From Octopus sinensis (taxonomy: Eukaryota), in contig NC_043002.1 of assembly GCF_006345805.1 (NCBI RefSeq), positions 8,990,001-9,054,000 on the forward strand: a stretch of 64,000 bases of DNA, in the 5' to 3' direction. The translations under genes were made by a program, and so were the position numbers. Below are positions 11,658-25,055 of this stretch, piece by piece (position 1 is the stretch's first letter; each line of letters starts with the position of its first letter). The notes beneath the pieces are model-generated. The model saw only the letters and a program-made list of their open reading frames with translations, was not told where the DNA came from and did no database searches.

Positions 11658-12358
11658 CAAGTGTTCGTAGTCTCTGTTTGCTGATTTCGCTCAAGGCCGA
11701 GACTATAATGGGAGTTACCTGTCCAACAAGTCACGTAGAGGAACTAAATGTAAAACTACGTGGTTGTGATAAGGACTTCTTAACTACACAACTAAACCTG
11801 CACTGTAAGCATAGACATTACTTTTACACACAGCAACTAAGGTTACTCATTGAATTTGATATGATGTATATAATGTAATTCAATTCTGTGTATATAAACA
11901 TATAAACACTGCTGTGATCAAATAGCATGTGATCAAATAAATCAGGAAGTAAACTATTAATATGTCACATGTCTTTAAAAAAATATCTGTTGCCCCACTT
12001 TACCCATTACGTGTTCTCTATTGACACTTTGTAAATATTCTGGTTTGTCAAACAAGAACCAAGGTAATTTATCACAGCTACTATTATCCTACCAGTAATG
12101 ACCTATCGACAAATGTTGCAAAGTTGGGTTACCAGCTTATCAACATTGCTACTAATGGGATCTGATCTCATTTCAGTCGTCTTGTGTCACAAGAAGTCAG
12201 AATATGAGAATAGTACGTTCAGCTAGCTACCATTCCTCTTTATAAACTTTGCCTCTCTGGATAAGTGAACGGAAAGAAACAATTCATTCCTGGGGAGTGC
12301 CATGGACATTACAACAATGAATAACGTCAAGAACTGAAACCATTATTGACAAATAATA

Positions 12359-12755
12359 TAGGCGCAGGAGTGGCTGTGTGGTAAGTAGCTTGCTAACCAA
12401 CCACATGGTTCCAGGTTCAGTCCCACTGCGTGGCATCTTGGGCAAGTGTCTTCTGCTATAGCCCCGGGCTGACCAATGCCTTGTGAGTGGATTTGGTAGG
12501 CGGAAACTGAAAGAAGCCTGTCGTATATATGTATATATATATGTATGTGTGTGTTTGTGTATCTGTGTTTGCCCCCCTAGCATTGCTTGACAACCGATGC
12601 TGGTGTGTTTACGTCCCCGTTACTTAGCGGTTCGGCAAAAGAGACCGATAGAATAAGTACTGGGCTTACAAAGAATAAGTCCCGGGGTCGATTTGCTCGA
12701 CTAAAGGTGGTGCTCCAGCATGGCCGCAGTCAAATGACTGAAACAAGTAAAAGAG
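12359..12755 (+). mobile_element. Full-length tRNA/CORE-like SINE family B
   Basis: A box TGGCTGTGTGG, B box GGTTCAGTCCC, CORE-like TTGGGCAAGTGTCTT, internal (TA)(TG) tract, hairpin tail CAGTCAAATGACTGAAACAAGTAAAAGAG. Confidence 0.92.
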
Positions 12756-12977
12756 TTAATAAGGAGGTGAGAAGGAGAAAATAAAATAGCAGTATTAACA
12801 TTCGTTTAAGCATAAGAAATGGAAAATATGATGCATTAGTCCAGTAACAGTGGCAGATCGTGTAGAGGCACTGCGAAACTGCGGCACCCCCTATTTCCAC
12901 TCAATATTATCGATAACGTTCAATATAATGAGTCCTTTTTTTCATTAATTCTTTCTTTATACTTGTACATTATATAA

Positions 12978-13331
12978 GCTTACAAACTATAGAATTTTCT
13001 CAATAAAGCCAAGAGAAAAAGATGTTTTATAAACACATTCTACCAGTATACGAAGTTTAAAATTTTTTAGTTACCTAGAAATTATGTTAAAAACTGCCGT
13101 TCAAACCGAAAAGATCCCAAAAACCTTTGTACAGAACTGCGCGCTTCACAGTTCCAGCGATGCGATATTTGGCTGTTGTGCGCATGCTCACATGTCCGAG
13201 ATAGGAAGCTACATGCTAGGGAGAGAGAACACTGTGGTTCACGCAGTGCCGACCCTGGTGTGATGGTGAAAGGTGGTGTTTAGTTACAAAGAAATTATTT
13301 TAAAAATCTGCCGGTCAAAGCGAAAAGATCC
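12978..13331 (-). mobile_element. Partial MITE-M copy plus a second MITE-M terminus
   Basis: TIR ends ...AAAAGATCC at 13118 and 13331. Confidence 0.7.
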
Positions 13332-14031
13332 TACGTCCCCACTATTAGTACTATTTTGTTAAGCGCATCTGGTAAACAGTATGAACTATGACTAAAGCGA
13401 ATACGCACAGTGCGTTGATACTCCGCTATACCTATACAGATTGTAAACATGCCAAGTAAATAAACAGGTAGAATCAAAATAAGGCCTTTCAATGAGTTGG
13501 TTATTGTCCCAACACGAACCAAAAGAATATATTAACATGGTGGCAGCGATTAATACTTAAACGAAAACAGGCATAAAATACATAAAATATGGATAGAACA
13601 TCCTGTCCTATAATTATACACAATTTTAAGTATTTAATTACGTATATATTGTGTATCCTTTTAATTGCCTCTTAGAAGTTGGCTGAAGACGAAATATAAA
13701 CGCAAACAAGCACAAAAATAATGGAAAGAGGGAGAGATGAATGTATACACATAAATTGACACTTAAAATGACTAGTTTAGTTGACTAGTTAGTTGGACAG
13801 ACTGACATAGATTATCATACTGACACAAAGGCGGATACGTAGATAAAATAATTCATGAGAACCTTTTACAAATAATAACCATTTTATCTAAAGAGAATAT
13901 AGGTTGATGGCATGGAGATAATTAAGTTTCTTATTAAAAATACTCATTTTATATGGTTACTGATAATGAAGATACACAGAATGGAGCGGATGAATCTACT
14001 GTCGTATGTTTTCCTCTTTGCTCAAATTATA

Positions 14032-14403
14032 TCTCTATATATATAAACGGCAAAATGTCTGTCTGTCTGTGTGTGTGTCCTTTATACAAATCCACAATTT
14101 TTCAGTTAGATGGCTCACACTTTCTATGGTCATTCAAAACCGTCCAAGGGTGGTCGTGCACATCTTTACATTTCCCCAGTCACCCAGCAAAGCCATTAAA
14201 AAATCAATAGAAGTGACTTTTTGGTGAATTTTCTATCCAAAACCCAATCAAAATGCCTGAAACTTGATACACCAATTGAATGCCAGCTAGATGTATGTGA
14301 CTGGTCGGAGATTTGGACAGTACTCGCGTGTATGTGCACACGCACGCAGCTGTATATGCATGCACTAGCACTATGACCCATCAACGCCGGGTCATAGTGC
14401 TAG
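14032..14403 (+). mobile_element. Non-autonomous Helitron
   Basis: Starts TC after A, ends CTAG before T; perfect 15-bp terminal hairpin (14365-14379 / 14389-14403). Confidence 0.85.
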
Positions 14404-14635
14404 TGTTTATTATTGCAGTTTTATTACTATGAGTCGCGGAGGTATCACTTTATTTTCCTCAGTAGTTTAAAATATTTTATATTACCGAGTTGTTGAGTCT
14501 TTGAATGTTTCTGAATTTGGGAACATGTATGTCTCAGAGCAATTGTTATTTTTACAATGCAGTTGGAAGTGTATATATACATATAGATATATGTTTATAT
14601 ACATAGATACGTACGTGTATGTCTGTATGTATATA

Positions 14636-15190
14636 GGTCCTCCATTTAACGTAGATGTTTCCACTAACGTAGCTAGGAATTTCCTGTTGTTGATTAAGAA
14701 GCATTTCTCCAGGAGGCACCAGTACTACAAGCTCTTCAACTCACGCAACCTCACGGGGAGCCGCTCCTACTTAGATAATGTCGCTTCTAACATGCATCTG
14801 CACAATCTCCACCCCCCTCCACCTCCAACCAGTAACTTTCGAAAATCTACCAGCTACCCTCTATGATGATCCTGCCTTTCAAGGGCTGTAGTCTACAGAA
14901 CCACCCTCACACCGTCCGATGTCATCAGAAGGCATTACACAAGCATGACGATCAATAACTTAAAGAGAAGGTACACACAACATATGCACTCATTCAGATG
15001 CAGGGATAGAAAAAATTCCACCTCTCTGTCTTGCTTCCTCTGGAGATTCTGTGAGCTCCGGAATGAACCCCTACATAGACAATCGACAGGGCAAGGCACG
15101 GGAAATTGCCAGCTCTGCCCTGCAAAAGATCGCATATTCTCCGCCAACCTGCAGTATCTATCAACAGGAAATACGAACAACCTTACCGTT
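14636..15190 (+). mobile_element. Penelope-like element remnant (linker plus GIY-YIG)
   Basis: PPFNVDVSTNVARNFLLLIKKHF..YYKLFN; LKRRYTQHMHSF..NSTSLSCFLW; GNCQLC; frameshifted. Confidence 0.8.
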
Positions 15191-15703
15191 GCCATCAGAT
15201 GTACGCCCTCCTGGTGAACTTCAAACTACTGACTGCCGACAGCCCAGGTAGACTACTTTCATATTAGCTGCTCCTCGACACTGGTTGCCCCACAACCAAG
15301 AACAGGGTTCCTAACCACCAGTCAGCACAGATCGCAGGTCCATCTCACAACTTTATGCATACCCTGTAACCCGTACATTCGCCTTCACCTAAACACATAC
15401 ACACATGCACAAATACATATATTTCAACTCACTTCCCTTCTCCCATTTCACCACTAAACCTCAGCCCAACCCCTTAACTTCCCTCCTACCCCCAGCAACA
15501 CTGTTACAACTACACAAGCATACATCTGTCACGCCCTCACACACAAATATCAAAAGCATGCATATACACACACATACACACCAGACAAAAACGCACGCAC
15601 TCATACATTTATACACAAATATAAGATTGTACATACTTACGCATACACACTCATGCATGCATCTTAAACATATTTGTACACACATACACACACACACACA
15701 CAC

Positions 15704-15986
15704 GTGGAGGCGCAATGGCCTAGTGGTTAGGGCAGCGGACTCGCGGTCGCAGGATCGCGGTTTCGATTCCCACACCGGGCATTGTGTGTGTTTATTGAGC
15801 GCAAACACCAAAAGCCCCACGAGGCTCCGGCAGGGGGTGGTGATCCCTGCTGTACTCTTTCACCACTCTTTCTTCTGTTGGCCTGCTCGCTTAGTCAGCG
15901 GGGTGGCGTCATTCGAAGGCTAAAACAATGCGAACGCATTGTGACCAGCGATGTGTAACAACATCTGTCGGTCACGTGATCACGTG
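15704..15986 (+). mobile_element. tRNA-derived SINE family D
   Basis: A box TGGCCTAGTGG, B box GGTTTCGATTCCC; near-identical inverted copy at 48311-48602. Confidence 0.88.
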
Positions 15987-16415
15987 GTCACATACACACG
16001 CACACTCACGGAACGAATAACACTCCCACCGGCTTTTCCCAATTCCCTCCCAAGGCTCGACAGACACCAACGCACCATCAACTTCCTGTCCAGCCACACG
16101 GTCCAAGAAATTCTCCTTTCTAGTGCTTCTGGTGTTGCTGAAATTCTGGATATCACTTCTAACAACATCACGTGACCCACTTTAAACAATGGCAGCTCGT
16201 TTTCAAGTAGCTATCTTGGGCTTCCTGTACTCCTCCGCTCGGTAATCTAAGCCTGCCTTTCAAGGGCCGTAGTTAGGTTTCTTTAAAAAACCTGCCAAGT
16301 GACAAAGAGCTGAACCATCCTGTTTTAAATGATATATATAACTCCTACTAAATGTGTTAAGTGGCTTTTTCATTCATTTCTCCACCAATTAGTGCACACA
16401 CAAACACACACACAC

Positions 16416-16458
<43 letters not shown>

Positions 16459-16583
16459 CACACACACACGGTCTGCTGCTCTGATCATTTTCGTTCTATC
16501 ATTATTTGATTGTTCGTTCCTGTCTGGGCTATAAAAGGTCTTTTTATATTTTTTGTTGGTCGTAATTATTCATACCGATATGT

Positions 16584-16675
16584 AATTCCTGACGAAGAAT
16601 CTAACTTTTATTTCAAGAAGAGATTTTCACTTTTGTCTTTGGAATTAATTAGACTCCGAAACAATTTGTAGAATT
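16584..16675 (+). ncRNA. Type I hammerhead ribozyme fold (canonical core, long stem II)
   Basis: AAUUC-CUGACGA-A-GAAUCUAA...UUAGACUC-C-GAAA-CAAUUUG-UA-GAAUU. Confidence 0.7.
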
Positions 16676-16788
16676 CATATTGGATTTGTACCAACTTGGA
16701 TTTGAATTAGAGATCGTCTACATCTGTATATTCTTTTCTCTTTTCTTATACTTTATTGATTTTGCAAATACTAAATATATACTTTATA

Positions 16789-16907
16789 TAGAGACCAATA
16801 GAATAAATACTAGGCTTACAAAGAATAAGTCCTGGGGTCGATTTGCTCGACGAAAGGCGGTGCTCCAGTATGGCCACAATCAAATGACTGAAACAAGTAA
16901 AAGAGTA
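16789..16907 (+). mobile_element. SINE-B 3' half
   Basis: Matches the 3' part of 12359-12755. Confidence 0.85.
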
Positions 16908-17602
16908 GAGATTCTTTGGATTGTTACGGTGGACTTGTATGTTTGACATCCCTTTGAAGGATTTCGATCCTCACCTCTTATATATATATAAAACTCAACT
17001 TGTGTGTCTGTGTGTTTAACTTCCCGGCACATCTCCTCCTAGCCAACAAATCGTAGAACCACCAAAAATGGGTCACTGAAAGTTTAGGCCAATGAAAATT
17101 GAACTGCGCTATTTCTGTTCCGAAATTCATCTCGCAAGTGCAAAAATCGATAATGTGTTTGTTTAGGCCTTATCTCATGCATTGAATAGTGAAGTTTACT
17201 CAGTCAGCTGTTTGACATGAACTGTGTTCATCACGCGTGCAAGCATGCGTAAATTGCATGAAAAATAAAAAATCAAGATATAAAAACGAATCGCCGTAAA
17301 CATTGTAGAAATTCGGCAAAGAAATGAAATTTTGGGATGTAGCCTGGAGGGTTTTTTCGTATTAATCGTTTGGACTTTGTGAACAAATACTAATTGTTTT
17401 CATAACATTTTTAACGCTTTGAATTAAATGTGACCATTTTGCGTTGAGTCTGCAGTTTGAATCACTTTAACCAAATTTTAACAGGCCGGATTTTTATCTT
17501 GAGAACACACACTCTGTGGAAAATGGCGATTCTGACGTCTATATCTAGCATACAAGCTGTCCACTTTTAGTGGTCAATCCCCTAAATTTTGTGTGTGTAT
17601 AT

Positions 17603-18041
17603 ATCATTATCATCATTGTTCGACCGTGGTCGAGACAATGGAATTTACCATGCTACGCCAGACTTCACGGTCCATCATAGCATTACGGAGGTCCTGTTGC
17701 TGGATGCAGTATCCTGAAGATTACATCAGGGTAGGAGAGTGTGCGCCCTCTGGTATTGCGAGTAGATGGCTTCCAGAGGAGAAGAGTAGAAATTACCTCT
17801 TTTTCAGCTCTACAACAATGTCCAGCAAACTGGACTCTCTTACCTTTCACAAGAGATTACACAGGTGGTAGTTTCGCATATATTTACATTTTGGTTGGAT
17901 GGCGCTTCCACGAGAGATTTTGAGCTCTCATAAGGAGGCGAATGTAAGTTCCATCCAACCGCCTCTCAAGCTTCTTTGATAACGTCCAGGTTTCTGAGCC
18001 ATATAGTAGAATTGGTTCGACTGTGGCTTTGAAGATTTCAA

Positions 18042-18042
<1 letters not shown>
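17603..18042 (-). mobile_element. 5'-truncated RTE-like LINE family F
   Basis: Same sequence as the 31260-31673 ORF end (LLYGSETW...IVSTTVEQ*) with (TGA)n tail. Confidence 0.85.
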
Positions 18043-18081
<39 letters not shown>

Positions 18082-18096
18082 AGTGTATATATTATC

Positions 18097-19215
18097 ACCA
18101 TCATCATCATCATCATCATCATCACTAACGTCCATTTTCCATGCTGTCATGGTTGGACGGTTTGACTGAAAACTGGTAAGCTAGGGAGCTGCACTAGGTT
18201 CCGATCTGATTTGGTAAGGATTCTACAGCTGAATGCCTTTCCTAACGCATACCACTCCGAGAGTGTAGTGAGTGTTGTTTTTTTTTCTTTTTCACATGCC
18301 ACCAGCACGAGTACCATTGGCCTGACGCCGATATCGGCCACGACTACGGTCTCACTTGGCTTGACGGGTCTACACAAGCACGGTATATCGCCAAAGGACT
18401 CGGTCACCTGTCACTGCCTCCATGAGGCCCAACGCTCGAACGGTGCTTTTTACATGCTACCAGCACGGGTGCCAGTCACACAGCACTGGCACCGGCCACG
18501 ACTACGATTTCATTTGGCTCAACAGGTCATCACAAGCCAAGCGTACCTCCCAACGCTTGAAGAGTGCTTTTAATGGGCCAGTTACCCGACACTGGCATCG
18601 GCAATGACTACGATTACATTTGGCTTGACGGGTCTTCTCAAGCACAGCATTTTGTCAAAGGTCCCGGTCGCTTGTCATTGCCCCTGTGATGTTTAACATT
18701 CGGAGATCGCGCTTCACCACTTCGTCCTATGTCTTCCTGAGTCTACCTCTTCTACAGGTTCCTTCCACCTTTAGAGGGCGACACTGTCCTTGTCCATACG
18801 CATCACATGACCATATCAACGCAGTCGTCCTGCACACCACGTCTGTCGCCTCTTATCTCCAACTTTTCTCTCGGGATGCTTACACTCTGTCGTGCATGCA
18901 CACTAACATTACACATCCATCGAAGCATACTAGTGTCATTCCTTACAAGCCTACGCACGTCCTTCGCAGTCACAGCCCATGTTTCACTGCCTTGTAGCAT
19001 GGCTGTTCGCACACAGGCATCATACAGTCTGCCTTTCACTATGAGTGAGAGGCCCTTTGTTACCAGCAGAGGTAGGAGCTCTCTGAACTTTGCCCAGCTT
19101 ATTCGTATTCTAACAGCTACGCTCTCGGAACGTCTACCCCCGCTACTGATCAGGTAACGGAAGTTATTGACTATTTCTAGTTTTCCCTGCTGACACGTGA
19201 TGGAGTCTATTTTCT
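18097..19215 (-). mobile_element. Older RTE copy related to family A
   Basis: ORF 18803-19249 (WAKFRELLPLL, GRLYDACVRTAMLQGSETW); (CAT)n tail; ORF-terminal segment reiterated three times. Confidence 0.85.
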
Positions 19216-19273
19216 GCGCACACACACACACACACACACATTCACTCACTCACTCACATATATACATACATTC

Positions 19274-19320
<47 letters not shown>

Positions 19321-19402
19321 CTAATGTAGGATAAAATTTTTCGAAAAAAAATTTCATCAATGGCCAGCATATTAAAAAATACCTTTAAAGGTTAAATTAT
19401 AA

Positions 19403-19738
19403 ACAACTTATTAATAAGGGCAAACGAAAAAAATTTCTAATGCCAAATATGCCGAAAATTGGACATATTCTCCATTTACCATATAATTTTTTCCCAGTAC
19501 GCACGCTACTCGAAAAAAGGTCGACAGAAATCTCTAAAAAATTCCATTATTACCATAGGCACAGGAGTGGCTGTGTAGTAAGTAGCTTGTTTACCAACCA
19601 CATGGTCCCGGGTTCAGTCCCACTGCGTGGCACCTTGGGCAAGTGTCTTCTACTATAGCCTCGAGCCGACCAAAGCCTTGTGAGTGGATTTGGTAGATGG
19701 AAACTGAAAGAAGCCCGTCGTATATATGTATATATATA

Positions 19739-19778
<40 letters not shown>

Positions 19779-20177
19779 CGTGTGTCTGTGTTTGTCCCCC
19801 TAGCATTGCTTGACAACCGATGCTGGTGTGTTTATGTCCCCGTTACTTAGCGGTTCGGCAAAAGAGACCGATAGAATAAGTACTGGGCTTAATCAAGATG
19901 CTCGATTAAAGGCGGTGCTTTAGCATGGCCGCAGTCAAATGACTGAAACAAGTAAAAGAGTATATCGGACCGATTTCAGGGTTAGTTAGGGTTCTTTTTG
20001 AACTAACCCTGAAATCGGTCCGATATGGTAATAATGGAATTTTTTAGAGATTTCTGTCGGCATTTTTCGAGTAGCGTGCGTACTGGGAAAAAAATTATAT
20101 GGTAAATGGACAATATGTCCAATTTTCGGCATATTTGGCATTAGAATTTTTTTCGTTTGCCCTCATTTATAAGTTAT
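19403..20177. mobile_element. Foldback (long-TIR MITE-like) palindrome interrupted by SINE-B
   Basis: Arms of about 180 bp; the right arm gives the pre-insertion sequence TTACCATATCGGACC. Confidence 0.85.
19558..19960 (+). mobile_element. SINE-B
   Basis: Full head-to-tail match to 12359-12755. Confidence 0.9.
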
Positions 20178-20189
20178 ATACATATATAT

Positions 20190-20605
20190 AGTTGATCCAA
20201 ACAAGAAAACACACAAAAAAAAAACAGCAACGTGAGGACGTGGAACAAATAAAGTATTATTGGACGCTCAGGAAAGAAGGGAAGAAGGAGGGTTTCAACG
20301 TTTCGAGCGGAGCTCTTCGTCGGAAACAAAGGAGATGGAAAGATCCCGAGAAAGGAAGACAGAGGAAAAAAATTGCTGGCGGTGCTTACGAGGTCACATA
20401 TATATATATATATTATATAATATATATATATAGGGAGAGCTTACGGAAAAAACAAAAGACGAAGACAGGTGGTGTACAAAGCAAACAGATGTATTAGTAT
20501 AACGCTCAGGAATAGAAAAAGTCTTTTACGTTTCGAGCCTACGCTCTTCTACAGAAAGGGACACAGAAAAAACAAGGAGAGAAAAAAATGTGTGTAGTGG
20601 CTAAC
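20190..20605 (-). mobile_element. Non-coding Penelope-type terminal cassettes with two hammerhead folds
   Basis: HHR folds at 20523-20558 and 20293-20327, each followed by TTCCTGAGCGT..AATAC; homologous pieces at 24955-25150, 29625-29790 and 42370-42520. Confidence 0.65.
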
Positions 20606-21188
20606 GATCACATACATATTCATGTATATATACATATTCATACTCATGCTCTAAATGTATTCTTGCGTATGTTGCATACACTAACACTCACACACACACA
20701 TGCATACCAATACACCCAATAACATACCTACATACACACATACACACACAATTATCCGTATATTGTCCACCTTCAGATTTACTCTGTGCTATCTAGTAGT
20801 AGTATTATGCGTTCTTCCGCGTTTGTGTTTGGGTATCTGTCATGTATGAAGAGAAAATTGAAAAAAAAACTGGAGTCAACAAGAAGCCGTATGTTTGGAC
20901 ATTTATTTTTTAATCACTACAATTGTTTCCACGCGACGTAGTTCTCCATTCGGGTTGTATTTCTATATATACGTATACATGCCTCTCCACGTGTTTAGCA
21001 TGCATGAATCTATATATCTACATAAATATATATGCGTGTGTGCGTGTGTGTGTGTGTGTGTTTGTGTGCGTGTGTTTGGTGCGTGTATATATGTGTACAT
21101 GCACACACGCGCATCTGTGTATGTATATGCGTTGCGTCTATATGTATGTGCATATAGTGAGTGTGCGTACATATCCGCATATGTGTGC

Positions 21189-21272
<84 letters not shown>

Positions 21273-21274
21273 TA

Positions 21275-21314
<40 letters not shown>

Positions 21315-21849
21315 TACACATATGTATATAATACATTTATGAGTGTGTGTGCGCGGTGGGGGGGATGCGTGTGTGTGTATGTGTCCGAGTGCTAGTACGT
21401 ATATAGATGAATATGTGAACGACCATCTATGTGTACGTATAAGCCCAATCTTAAAAGTCAGCTGAGGACAATTGCATGTGTAGCTGACCATGAAGAACAA
21501 ATCAACAGTACAAAGACATCAAATGTGAATCCCTTTAAAATGGGAACAATTTTAACAGTAGCAGAATCATCATCCCACTACATCTATACATTCAAAGCAG
21601 TTACCCAACTGTTCTTCAGCAACAACGCACCCTGTGACTGCTACTAAATTCAGGCCATGATAGACAAAAGTCGAGGATTTGAACTTACGGAGACAATATT
21701 TACATATCACCTGAGGAAACACAACAAGGCCTCATAATGCAGGGAAACGGTTGCATGGAAACAGTTGTAGTGATTAAAAATATAAATGTCCAACCGTACT
21801 CCTTGTTGATTCCAGTTTTGTCAATTATTTTTTCAATTATAGATATGTA

Positions 21850-22838
<989 letters not shown>

Positions 22839-24889
22839 TATGAATCAAAACAATCAAAATAATGAACATCAATGGAATTTGTATCCTTTGGTACCAGTGC
22901 CAGTGGCACACAAGAATCATCCGGTGGGCACATAACAAACACCATCCGGTCGTGGCCGTTCGCCAGCCTCATCTAGCACGTGTCGGTGGCACATAAAAAG
23001 TAGTCAAGTACCGCTTGTGGTACCAGTGGCCGGTGGCACACAAGAATCCATCCGAACATGGCCGTAGTCAGTACCGCATCACTGGCCACGTGCTGTGGGC
23101 ACATAACAAACACCATCCGGTCGTGGCCGTTCGCCGCCTCATCTAGCACCTGTGTCGGTGGCACATAAAAACACCTTCCGAAGACCCGGCAAGACTAGTC
23201 AGGCCATAAACCATGGCCCCTACCTGGGACGTAGTCAGTCCACCTGTGCATACCTTCCTCCTTGTGATATTGTGAAGGCTGTTGAGGCAAGTGAAAAAAA
23301 AAGGCCTGTTGAGGCAAGTGAAAATCAAATCAAAATCAAAATCAAAAACAAATCAAAATAGATGAACATCAATGAATTTGTATCTTTTTGTGGTACCAGT
23401 GCCGGTGGCACACAAGAGAAAACCATCCGAAAGTGGCCGTAGCCAGTACCGCATCGACTGGCCTCCGTTCGGGAATGACAAACACCATCCGATCGTGGCT
23501 GTTCGCCAGCCTCATCTAGCACCTGTGTCGGTGGCACATAAAAACACCATCCGAAGACCCGGCACAAACTAGTCAGGCCAAACCCATGGCCCCTACCTGG
23601 GACGTAGTCAGTCCACCTGTGCATACCTTCCTTTTGGACACTTGTGAAGACCTGTTGAGGCAAGTGAAAATCAAATCAAAACAAATCAAAATAGATGAAC
23701 ATCAATGGAATTGTCTCTTGTGGTTACCAGTGCCGGTGGCACACACTTTGTGGTACCAGTGCCGGTGGCACACATGAGAACCATCCGAACGTGGCCGTAG
23801 CCAGTTCTGTCGACCGGCCTCCCTCCGTGCTGTGGGCACGTAACAAACACCATCCGATCATGGCCGTTCGCCAGCCTCATCGGGCACCTGTGTCGGTGGC
23901 ACATAAAAAAACCTTCCGAAGACCCGCAAGACTAGTCAGTCCACCTGTGCATACCTTCCTTCCTTCTTGGGACACTTGTGAAGACCGGTTGAGGCAAGTG
24001 AAAATCAATCAATCAAAATAGACAAAATAGATGAACATCAATGGAATTTGTATCTTGGGTACCAGTGCCTGTGGCACACAAGAAATCCATCAGTGCCGTA
24101 GTCAGTGCGGTGGGCACATGACAAACACCATCCAATCGTGACCGTTAGCCAGCCTCATCTAGCACCTGGTCGGTGGCACATAAAAACACCATCCGAAGTC
24201 CCGGCAAGACTAGTCAGGCCATAACCCTTGGCCCCTACCTGGGAGTAGTCAGTCCACCTGTGCATACCTTCCTTCTTGTGACACTTGTGAAGACTGTTGA
24301 GGCAAGTGAAAATCAAATCAAAACAAATCAAAATAGATGAACATCAATGGAATTTGTATCTTTGTTGGTACCAGTGCCGGGGCACGTGGCACATAAGAAA
24401 ACCATCCGAACGTGGCCGTAGCCAGTACCGCATCGACTGGCCTCCGTCTGTGGGCACGTAACAGCACCATCCGATCGTGGCCGTTTGCCAGCCTCATCTG
24501 GCACCTGTGTCGGTGGCACATAAAAACACCATCCGAGCGTGGCCGTCTGCCAGCCTCGTCTGGCACCTGTGTCGGTGGCACATAAAAAACACCATCCGAG
24601 CGTGGCCATCTGCCAGCCTCGTCTGGCACCTGTGTCGGGGGCACATAACAAAAAAACCATCCGAGCGTGGCCGTTTGTCAGCCTCGTCTGGCACCTGTGT
24701 CGGTGGCACATAAAATCACCCACTACACACTCTAGGTGGTTGGCGTTAGGAAGGGCATCCAGCTGTAGAAAACATGCCAGATCTGACTGGACTGGTGCAG
24801 CTTTCGGGCTCCCCAGACCCCAGTTGAACCGTCCAACCCATGCTAGCATGGAAAGCGGACGTTAAATGATGATGATGATGATGATGATG
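22839..24889 (+). repeat. Tandem array of RTE family A 3' ends (about 5 units, 280-370 bp) ending in a complete tail
   Basis: GAAGACCCGGCAAGACTAG (ORF-terminal codons) recurs near 23180, 23553, 23918 and 24195; final unit ends GTTAAA(TGA)n. Confidence 0.88.
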
Positions 24890-25017
24890 TATGTATGTAT
24901 ATATATGTATATATATATGTATATATATATATATGTTTATATACATCACCATGTTGATTCGCTAGCCTCTGCACGCATTTTTTTTCTCTCCTTCTTTCTG
25001 TGTTTCTTCTCTGTGTA

Positions 25018-25055
25018 TCTTTCTGTTGAAGAGCATAGGCTCGAAACGTAAAAGA
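25018..25055 (+). ncRNA. Minimal hammerhead fold with CUGUUGA core
   Basis: UCUUU-CUGUUGA-A-GAGC-AUAG-GCUC-GAAA-CG-UA-AAAGA. Confidence 0.65.

Noticed and set aside
11719-11802. Minus-strand segment with acceptor and donor
   Set aside because: Stop codons in all three frames
12359-12430. tRNA genes at SINE heads
   Set aside because: A and B boxes are present, but there is no complete cloverleaf and each continues into a SINE body
24470-24715. CRISPR-like regular repeats
   Set aside because: Contiguous tandem units without unique spacers, inside a eukaryotic LINE 3' UTR, with no cas genes
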